A stretch of 62,862 nt of DNA, counting the filler, from Hyphochytrium catenoides (Eukaryota; Protista; Hyphochytriomycota), in assembly GCA_900088475.1 (NCBI GenBank). It is 11 parts of 11 records of this genome, joined end to end, with 100 filler letters (N's around TTAATTAATTAA, not from the genome) between each part and the next. Parts side by side here need not be neighbours in the genome. Positions count along the whole stretch, not along the records: positions 39,224 to 50,077 come from FLMG01001657.1; positions 50,178 to 61,630 come from FLMG01003088.1; 9 more parts are not named here. The stretch is one strand, 5' to 3'. How positions within the stretch are numbered: position 1 is the first letter of the stretch; every line of letters begins with the position of its first letter. Positions 40,854 through 50,471 of the stretch are shown here, piece after piece. A program made the translations under genes and the position numbers. The notes under the pieces were generated by a model. The model was not told the origin of the DNA. It made no database searches and was given only the letters and a program-made list of their open reading frames with translations.

Positions 40854-41041
40854 GAGAGAGACGAAGAAGAAGTGTGAAAACGGAGGCCAGCCGCAGCGAG
40901 GAAAGAACTTCAACGGTGCACTAGGGAGAGAAGAAGAGCACGCCCTGGTGCCCACGGTGTCTCTCTCCCCGGCATCCCAGTGGTTTTCCTATTATAATAC
41001 TGACATCCAACCAACCCTCTCTCTCTCTATGTCTCTCTGTT

Positions 41042-41078
<37 letters not shown>

Positions 41079-41282
41079 CCTTTTTCATGCCTTTGCTGGC
41101 CAGATTATGGCAATCTCTATGGCTTTCACTTCTCTCTCATCAGTGTCCGGTGTCCCAGTCTCTTCTCTCTTCATTCTTCAAATTCCAGGTGGGACCCAAC
41201 AACCCCATCCAACAACAACAGCAACAACAAGAAGACGAGGACAGCACAAGTGCCCAGAAAATCAAACACTGCCACTCTGCGC

Positions 41283-41322
<40 letters not shown>

Positions 41323-41488
41323 CATTTGCTTCTCTCTCTTCTTCAATCCACGCAAGGACGAGGAGGAGAAGAAAAATAAAGAGAAGAAAGGCCCAGCACT
41401 GCGATTACAAAGAGAACAACACACAGAGAAGAACCGAGAGAAAAGAAACTCTCTCTCTCTCTCGCTTTCTCTCTTTTTCATCATCATC

Positions 41489-42439
41489 ATGAAGCTGACC
41501 ACCTCTATCCTGGGGGCGCTCTGTGGAGCCTTGCTTCTAGGCGTTACCGTCCCACTTCCAGCCTTGGCGGCCGAAGACACGACTCCAACGATGGTCCCAG
41601 TGGCCGAAAGTAATATTCAGGACAATTCAGCACCCGAAAACAGCCAAGAAGAGAACCAAGAGGGCGTTATCGGTCTTAAGGGAAGTCCCATGGCTGGTGG
41701 ATACCGGCTTATTTGGGAGGATAATTTTAATGGAGACACGCTAAACCGAAATTTATGGAACATCGAGGTTAACGGCGATGGAGGCGGAAACAACGAATGG
41801 CAATATTACACGGCCGAGCCGAGAAATGTGGCCGTCAGAGACGGGCATCTTGTTATCACGGCCCGCAAGGAGAACTACCACAACAAACAGTACACGTCCG
41901 GCCGAATTAACACGTCCGGACGGTTCAGTTTCCGCTATGGGAAAATCGAATTCCGGGCCAAATTGGTCCGCGGCCGAGGCATTTGGCCGGCTTTCTGGCT
42001 TCTTCCGCAGGATAATTTCTATGGAAATTGGCCGCTCAGTGGAGAAATCGATGTGATGGAGCTTTTTGGCCAAGATAATCTCTGCAATGTCGTCCACGGA
42101 TCTCTGAATTATGGAGATCCATGGCCGCATAACCGCTGGACAAACGCGGCATACACGCTTCCTGGCGGCCGGGGCTTTGCCGATGACTTCCATGTCTTTT
42201 CGGTAGAATGGGAGCCAAACGTGATCCGCTGGTATGTGGACGGAGCGCATTACTCGACCAAAACCCCGGCTGATCTTGGCCAATGCCGGTCCGGACCTTG
42301 TCCTTGGCGCATGGATCAGAGATTCTTTGTGATAATAAATCTTGCTGTGGGCGGAAATCCGGTTCCTTCTCCTGATGGAAGTACGAGCTTTCCCCAAGAA
42401 ATGTTGGTGGACTATGTGAAAGTTTATCAGAGACAGTAA
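41489..42439 (+). CDS. GH16 laminarinase-type endo-beta-1,3-glucanase, secreted, intronless
   Basis: Signal peptide; LIWEDNF, GGGNNEWQYY, YTSGRI, WPAFWLLP, catalytic GEIDVME (ExDxxE), FHVFSVEW, NLAVGG and MLVDYVKVYQ. Confidence 0.96.
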   Translation: MKLTTSILGALCGALLLGVTVPLPALAAEDTTPTMVPVAESNIQDNSAPENSQEENQEGVIGLKGSPMAGGYRLIWEDNFNGDTLNRNLWNIEVNGDGGGNNEWQYYTAEPRNVAVRDGHLVITARKENYHNKQYTSGRINTSGRFSFRYGKIEFRAKLVRGRGIWPAFWLLPQDNFYGNWPLSGEIDVMELFGQDNLCNVVHGSLNYGDPWPHNRWTNAAYTLPGGRGFADDFHVFSVEWEPNVIRWYVDGAHYSTKTPADLGQCRSGPCPWRMDQRFFVIINLAVGGNPVPSPDGSTSFPQEMLVDYVKVYQRQ

Positions 42440-42824
42440 GACACACAGCAGAAGAGAGAAAGCGAGGAGGGTGATGTGGAGAAGAGGACGGGACAAGGAG
42501 AAGAAGAGATGCGAGAAAGGAAAGAAGAAAAAGGGAGCGGGATTGGCGAGGAGAAGAGGAGAAGAGACAATAGGAGGAAGAGAAGAAGTCTTCCTCTCTC
42601 TGTCTCTCTTTGCTCTCGTGAAAGGACAAACAATCTTAGATGGCCAATAAAAATAATTGTTGTTCAATGTGCTGGGAAAGGAGGAAGAAGAAGAAAGAGA
42701 AAAAAAAGTGTCAAGTTACGGATGAGTAAAATGGTTCAGAATAGTGCGTTATAGTTTTATATGTCTCTCTCCAAAAAAGGTAATAAAGAGTTGAACGAGT
42801 CAAAAAATCTCTATAAAGTGAGAC

Positions 42825-43380
42825 TTCGATGAAGGTTAGCCACTCACTAAATATGCAAAGCAAGAGGATAGGAAGCTCGCCAATGTGTCCACCACAACGA
42901 ATCGGAGAGAACGATAGAGAAGAATGGTGAATGGGTGGATATAGTCCATATCATAGCTTTGTTTGCATGTTTGAGGGCATTACTGATAGAGGAAGAACCT
43001 ATGAATGGCAAATGATGAAGTTTCATCGAGCTGATTTATCGTGCTAAGCAAGAACGCAGGGAGCTCGCTGATGATCAGTAACCGGTAACAGAGAACGAGT
43101 ATCTGAATCCTTTTCTATAGAGCTGTCTTTGAGCTTTATGCATGCGACATGATGAAGACTAATCGATGGATTATCGGGCTAAACAATAAGACAAGAAGCT
43201 CGCTATTCATCATTATCCAGCCACAGAGGACAGAGGATTTAAAATGTGGTTACATCTAACATAGTTAAGGCTTTGCTTGCTGTCTTTGGTCTTTATATGC
43301 AAGATGCGGCTTGATGAAGGATTTTCGATTTGTTAATGCTAAGTACTAAGACAGGAAAGCTGTTTATTCAATATTAAACT
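42825..43380. repeat. Degenerate tandem repeat, four units of roughly 140-185 bp
   Basis: Recurring GATGAAG...GCTAAGCAA-like...AAGCTCGC core starting near 42828, 43014, 43151 and 43313. Confidence 0.65.
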
Positions 43381-46148
43381 TAGATTAGTTTTCCTCTCTA
43401 ACTGTCCATCAATCTGTCAAATCTCAGAGGTACGATTCGATGACGGATGATATCGTCTAGTGATGATGATACTCTAATATTTCAACAGTTATCTGAGTCA
43501 TAGACAAGGTTCTCATCATCTAAAGGCGGAAAGCCATGGCCAAGCGAGACCATTGACCAAGATGCAGAGAAGCATCATCAAGAGCAGAACGGCCACACTG
43601 AAGCTTCGCCAGATGTCCTAGGACGCCCGGCATAGCTCCTCCCGCAAGAGGAGGACTCTTAAACTAGCGGGGACATATTGCAGCTCTACAGCCCTTATTA
43701 TTACCAGGAACGAACCTCATCCTTTTGCAGCTTCGCCTTCTCAGACAAGCGACCTTGATAGCCTGCTGCATGGACTGCTGCAAGAGGAAGGGTTCTAGAT
43801 TGCAGCGAGTCCTATTCTTATCTACTACTCCTACTACGTTATAGCTAAGAAGGAGTGAATGAAAACGACGAAGAAGAAGGAGGAGAAGAAGAAGAAGAAG
43901 AAGGAGAAGAAGAGACTGAAGAGGAGACGAGAGCTACAAAGCTCTGGACTCTTCCAAGGCGTTCTCCTTCTCCATCCTCACCATCAGTGTCGGAAAAGGA
44001 ACAAAATCACAGTTGAACTCTTCCGCGCTAATGATAATAGGAGACGGAGGAGGAGAAGGCGCCGAGCCCATCGCCATACTTTATATCAACGCGGAGATTC
44101 CTATAAGGTTGAAGATGATCCAACGCCTACCACCTCCAGACGGCATCACTGATGCTGCAAAGTATTTAATAGAGAAGATAGATGAACGAGCATCATGAAC
44201 AAGTGGTGGAGCTCTTAGGCCTCATTGATTTTGCGCTTCCAGGAAGCTATCCTTACACTGATCAAGGCCGTCGATGAAGAGAAGAAAGAAGGCCCACCAT
44301 CTGGAGCCCAAAGACTTGAACTCGGTTGATGATCGTTTAACTCTTGTCTTTTTTATAGGGTCTCGGCGCTTCAGTCTTGGTCCACCTCCTTTTTTTCCTA
44401 TTGTTATTGCTAAGGAAATGAACTTTGTCATCTCTTGGTTGATGAACGATGACGGTGGTGGAGAGGAGGAGAAGAGAGTTGAAGAGACCAAGACTTGTGA
44501 GCTCTTATCTCTCTCTTCGTCTTGTTCTTCTTGTTTGTTCCTGTTCTTAGTGAATGATATGTAGATTAACAAAGCGATACGTCTCAGCAAAATGCCGCCT
44601 CTCTTCTTCTCGTCGTCATCGGCGCGGTCGGACGCGGGATATTGATGCTCTCGTGAGCTGCTCATCGACTTGCGTCTGATCTCGCTCTTCCTTCTCCCGC
44701 CTTGGGCTTTCTTCTGGCAAGACAAGAACACCTTGTATGCAGCAGCCCATCCTGGCTTTCAGGTCGTCTGTATGGCTGCGGAGTTGCAGTTTATGTCACT
44801 CGCTTGGGGGGAAGCTATGCCTTGTGCCGTTGTTGACTGTGTGGAACAACTTGGTGAAGCTTCCTGCATGTGATCGCTGTGCTCTTGATGCTTCTGCGCG
44901 ATCATCGTCATTGGTCTCGCCCAACCATGGCTTTGTGGCTTCTTCATTCATTCCCGAGTCTCTTCGGCTTCGCTCTGCTCTTGAGCTTCTCGGCGTCATG
45001 GTCACTGGTCTCGCCCGACCATGATGGCTTTATGGCTTCATTCAATCATTCGAGTTTCGCGGCTATTCAAGAAAAAAAAAAGCGCTTTAGATGCCATCTG
45101 GATCCTTCTCTTGCCTGCCTGGTCAAACATGTTGATGACAATATCGTCGGCACCTCATCTTCTTCTAATCCTTCTTCTTCTCCTCTTGTCAATGTATGAG
45201 GAAGTCAACTATGATGCTTCCTCGTGTGCTAAGTAACGAGTGTGGAGAACATGGAGCCGATGAAGAGACCACGGCTTCGATCGCTCGTGTCGTCTCTTCT
45301 TCTTCTTCTTCTTTTTCCTCTTCTCTTTCTTCTAAGGTTCGCATATGTTTGTTGGAGGTCTTTGGTGGATGATGATCTCCTCCTCCTACGATTGCAGCCT
45401 TGCTGGTGCCCAACAAGCGGATCGCAGGCAGGTTGCTATCGAACGCGATGTACACTTTTCTTCCGGCCGGCAGAGCTTGATCAGACAGTCTCTTTGGCCT
45501 CTCATGAGGAGGCCGCGGCCTGGTACTATGATTCTTCTTTCTCGATTGGCCATCATTCAGCGCTTCCTCGCCGCATTTCACTCTTCTTCTTCTCCCTTTC
45601 CCTGAGCTTCTTCTTCTACCTCCACTTTCCTCTTCTTCTCCTCGCTCATCACGTTGTTGCTGCCGCCCCTGCTTCTTCTACTATCATTTCTTCTCTGTGC
45701 TGAATTGGTCCTCGTGAGGTTTAGAGGAGCAGAACGTTTCCTTCCTCTTCTCAGCTTCCATCATCATTGGACAGAGGACGAAACTCACAGCCTTCTCCTC
45801 GTTGGCCCCAGAGGTGCGGCGTCTTGTCCGTCGATCCCTCTGTAAGTGGCTGGGAGAAGTCTCTGCTGCCTCTTCTTCTTCGTTGCTTTTCCTTTCCTTG
45901 TTCTGGCCTGTTAGTTCATCCTCTTTTTGCTTCTTCTCTTCTTTCTCTCTTCGTAGTACATTCTCCCATAATCTTTTCTTCTTCGTCGTCGTCAGACATT
46001 ATGGATGTTCTTGGATGAAGATTGATCAAAGTGGTTACTGCGCAGGCCACCGGCAGCTCACTGTGATCAATGCTCCGCTGAATCATCAACCACCGGCAAT
46101 TGAAGACAGAAAATCCTGGTCGATCGATCTATTGGCAAGAAGAAGGAA

Positions 46149-46420
46149 TTGGCTTTCTATCTTTGATCTTTTAATGGAAGATTCACCTTTGGTTGTGAAG
46201 ATTTTATCTGCGCTAAGCAACTGAGAGAGGAAGAAGCTTCTTGCTCATCATCCTCATGGACCGGCGGACCAGACAAAAAGGTTGGCTTTCTATCTTTGAT
46301 CTTTATAGAAGAGACGCCTTTGCTTTGGTTGATGAAGATTTTATATGTGCTAAGCAACTGAGAGAGGACGAAGGTTGCTCATCATTATCATGGACCGGCA
46401 GACAATCTTTATAGAAGAGA
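46149..46420. repeat. Tandem duplication of about 133 bp, same family as the 42.8-43.4 kb repeat
   Basis: TTGGCTTTCTATCTTTGATCTTT...TGAAGATTTTAT..G.GCTAAGCAACTGAGAGAGGA...TGCTCATCAT..TCATGGACCGGC occurs twice. Confidence 0.85.
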
Positions 46421-46622
46421 CATGCCCAATAGCGATGATGAAGAGAGACCAGAGATGGATAAGGAAAGAGAGAGAGAAAATGAAAGAGAGAGAGAGAGAA
46501 GGAGGAGGAGGAGAGAGGGAGGGAGAGGGAGAGGGAGAGGGAGAAGGGAGAGGAGGGAGAAAGAGAGAGAAAGAGAGAGAAAGAGAGAGGGAGAAAGAGA
46601 GAGGAAGAGAGAGAGAGAGAGA

Positions 46623-46657
<35 letters not shown>

Positions 46658-46851
46658 TAAAGGCTTTTATTAGTCAGAGAGAGGGGGGGAAAGAAAAGGA
46701 GAGGAGACACTATAAAAGGACAAGAAAGAAAGGAACGAGATGTGAGAGAAAGAGTTGAGGATTTACCAACCAGAGCTTCATGCTGATCAACTGATCCGCT
46801 ATGCACATCAGCTATCACGCTCTCTCTACCTTCTCTCTTCATCTGGCAAGC

Positions 46852-46896
<45 letters not shown>

Positions 46897-47535
46897 CTCT
46901 CCCCTCTTCCATCTCTCTTGTGGTGCATCTGTCAGTCTTCATTAGCAATCAGAAAGAGCCCCGTTCACTTTGGCGCAACTCTTCTCTGATTCGCCTGTCT
47001 TGGTGCATCATCTGTCAACCACAGAAATAGAACACTGGCAGGAGAGAGAAAGAAGAAGAAGGAAGAGAACACTGGCAGACAAAGAACGACAGACACAGAG
47101 AGAGAACAAGAGAGAGAGAGCGAACGAGCGAGTGAGAGAGAGAGAGAGAGAACAAGAGAGAGATACAGAGAGAGAGACACAGAGAGAGAGAGCGTGTGAG
47201 AGTGTGTGAGAGTGTGAGAGAGAGAGGCTGAGAGAGAGAAAGAGAGAAAGAGAGAGAGAGAAAAAAAGAAAAAGAGAGAAAGATAGAGGGAAGAGGTGAG
47301 GGCTAAGATAAGGGGGGAGAACGGAGAAGACAGAAGAGTTACACGTGGAAAAGAGTGCAACGCCCACATTACCGATAAGAAGCATGACTATTTACATTTA
47401 TTCTTGAATCGTGATCATGACTCGTGCTTTATACCGAATGTGCATGGAAAGGTGTCTGGTTGTCATGACGACATTTTTCTTTGATCGCCTTGTTGACCAT
47501 CCATCACATTACAGGTCAATCTATGGTCCGATCCG

Positions 47536-47602
47536 ATTGGACAGAACCTCACTTTTGGCCACTCTCATTGGCTGGGAGATTGACCACTACCATTGTGATT
47601 GG
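47536..47602 (-). promoter_or_regulatory. Three phased CCAAT boxes (candidate NF-Y array)
   Basis: ATTGG at 47536, 47567 and 47598, exactly 31 bp apart, within a microsatellite-free island. Confidence 0.45.
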
Positions 47603-48318
47603 TTGAGGAAAATTGGTATACTTTATTCTAGCTTCAGCTGCAGCTAGTTTTGGAACTATGGACAATGAGGCATAAAATAAGAGTCTATCCACGGTTTTAC
47701 AGTACCTCAATTACATATTTACGTATTCTGAATATGCTAATGTCTTATCTGGGCTTTTTGCACGAAGTGAGGGTCACGTTGTAAATGGAGATGATTAGAT
47801 CTATGTGCTGCCTGCATTAATGTGCAATGCCTGGCGGGTGTTCGCTGTTGCAAGACCTTTTTCTTCCTTTGCTCTCTCTCTCTCTCTCTTTCTTCCTCTC
47901 TCTTTACCTCAAAAGAAGCCTCTTCTCTATCTATCTCAAGCTCTGTCTCTCTCGTGCTTTCCGGTTCTACATTCTCTCTCCTATATATACTGTAAGAACT
48001 AAGAAATTCATGCAGGGAGTGAGACGAGACAGAGAGTGGCAGAGGTATGCAAATAACTAAGATGTAGAGGCGTAATGATAAAAAAAGAGAGACTGAGAGA
48101 CAGAGCAAGAAAAGAACCTTGGTAGGATCTGATTCCCTTGTTCTTGACTTCTTAGGCTCTGTCCGTAAAGTAGGGAGACCAAAAAATAAAGAGAAGACTG
48201 TCAAGTTGGACTCTCTCTCTCTCTCTCTCTCCCCCTCTCCCTCTCCCTCTGTCTGTCTCTCTCTCCCTCTCTCTCCCTCTTTCTCTCTCTCGCTCTCTCT
48301 CTTTCCCTCTCTCTCTCC

Positions 48319-48355
<37 letters not shown>

Positions 48356-49154
48356 TCTCTCTCTCTCTCTTTCTCTCTTTCTCTTTTTCTTTCTCTCTCT
48401 CTCTGTCTCCTCTCTCTTTCCCCTCCCCTCCTCGCCACAGAGTTGGGAGAGTAACCTTTCGGAATGAGAAGCACAGGAGCCAGAAGAGGAAGCCTGGCAA
48501 AAAGAAGAGAAGACGGAACGACCGCTTGCCCGTCTTCTCTTCCGCTTTCTCTCTCTTTTTACCTCTCTTTTTCTCTATCTCTTTTATCTCTTCCTCCTCC
48601 TCCATCCTCTTGGTTCTCTCATCTTTTCACTCTTTTCTCTTCTCACCCCGATTGTCCCTTAGGTATCTTGTTCCTCGCGCTCTCTCGCATTATTCGCGAA
48701 GGTTTGACGTCATGAGTCGATATTTCTCTCTCAGTCCCTCTCTCTCTCCCTCTCTCTTTTTTCTCTCTCTCTCTCTCCCTATAGTCAGTCACTCCCTCTC
48801 TCCTACCTAGCACATTGGTTCTTCCGTTCCACCTGATTGGAATGTATTCCCTCCTCTTTCTCTTTCTCTGTCTTCTCCTTCGGATCCTATTCGTTTTCTT
48901 TCTTTCTCTCACTCTCTCTCTTTCACTCTCTCTCGCGCGGGCTCTCTCTCTCTCTGTGAAATGCCTCTGTTTTCTTCAGACCTTGTCTCCCACCAATCTC
49001 ACAATCGCTTTTCTCTCCCACCACCAAGGGCCAGTCGCGCTAGTTCCCTCTCTTTTCCCTAAAAGGCGCGGGCCTTTGGCCAACAACAAAAAACGAAAGA
49101 GAGAGAGAGAAAAGAAGAGACAGAAAGAGAGAGAGAGAGAAAGAGAGAGAGAAA

Positions 49155-49428
49155 ATGCAGTCTTCTTCTCCCTCTTCGTCTTCTTTTCTTGGGACGGTGC
49201 GGGCATCTGGCGGATGGTGCCCTTATATGAAAGAAGTGTTTACAGCTCTCCCGCTGTTCGTCTACGAAGACATTGACTGCTTTGTCTCTCTCTTCTCCAA
49301 CTCTCTCTCTACCCTGATGATCATTGTCTCTCTCGTGCTGCCTATACTGGGAGAGGTAAGAGTCTCTCTCTCTCTCTCTCTCGGTCAATTTCCGGCTCGC
49401 TCTCCCTTCTTTCGTTCTGTTGTCTCCC

Positions 49429-49464
<36 letters not shown>

Positions 49465-49676
49465 CTTCCTCTCTACATCTCTTTGTCTCTCTCTCTCCGC
49501 TCGCACCTTTGTCCCCTTAAGACTCCGGTTGACCATCTCTTTCTACGACTCTCTCTCTCTCTCTCTCTCTCTNNNNNNNNNNNNNNNNNNNNNNNNNNNN
49601 NNNNNNNNNNNNNNNNNNNNNNNNNNNNNGGAAGGAGAGATGTCACCGTGCAACCTTATGGAATCAATACACCGGG
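49155..49676 (+). CDS. NCS2/AzgA-like nucleobase (xanthine/uracil) permease, N-terminal exons only
   Basis: Exon 49155-49355 contains LFVYEDIDCFVSLFSNSLSTLMIIVSLV (cf. family FVxGDxDGFFGLxxDNL). After the gap, GRRDVTVQPYGINTPG matches the family GRxDVxAxPYGINT motif. GT donors at 49356 and 49677. Confidence 0.78.
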
Positions 49677-49678
49677 GT

Positions 49679-49712
<34 letters not shown>

Positions 49713-50471
49713 CTGTCTTATGACAATGTGAAGGAAGAACTGTCCAGATGTCTCCCCTTCTTTTGCTCTCTTCTGGTCCTAACTTCGTCGTTGCTAGTTC
49801 GCTCTTTAAGCGCGTATGTACTTTCCATGGTCTCTCTCTCTGTTTCTCTCTCTCTCTCTTTGTCTCCCCTTTCTGTTCTCAGCCGCCAGTTTCTACAAAT
49901 CAATTGCCCAGTACTGACGAAAGCTTCTTCTCTCTCTCTCTCTCTTTGTTCTGCCGCTTCTTTCTCTGTTCTGCCTCTTCTTTCTCTACTCTCTCCCTCT
50001 CTCTCTCTCTCTCTCCCCTTCACCTCCTCCTATCTACAACACAATACCTTCCTGACTACTTCTCTCTCTCTCTTCTCNNNNNNNNNNNNNNNNNNNNNNN
50101 NNNNNNNNNNNNNNNNNNNNNTTAATTAATTAANNNNNNNNNNNNNNNNNNNNNNNNNNNNNNNNNNNNNNNNNNNNTCTCACCATCTACGAGCGGCCAG
50201 ATATATTAGCGGAAGAAGATTCTCCTGACACAGCTACTTCTACTCACCATGAAGCTTCATCAGTAACTCCTTCCTCAAGGAATCATCCAGTATCTAGAGG
50301 GTATATATATAAGGAGGATAAAGCCGCCTAAATGAAAAAAGTGCTACCAGCAGCACTATGCACGATCACCACAATCCACATCTCACGGTCGTCGGAAAAA
50401 AAGAGGGATTTCTTATGTAATTCTTGGATAATTTATTGCTCCTCTTCGTCCGAATTCTTACTCCATTGATC

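Larger units (their letters stand above)
17421..50077. repeat. Dense dispersed (GA/CT)n microsatellite tracts (also near 60080-60170 and 61731-62300)
   Basis: Very many perfect and degenerate GA/CT runs in introns and intergenic DNA; many gaps and contig ends abut them. Confidence 0.95.

Noticed and set aside
42825-43380. Spaced repeats as a CRISPR-like array
   Set aside because: Whole units are diverged homologues with no conserved-repeat/unique-spacer pattern and no cas-like gene.
17421-50077. Many long poly-(RE) and poly-(SL) ORFs
   Set aside because: Stop-free translations of GA/CT microsatellites with no domain content.
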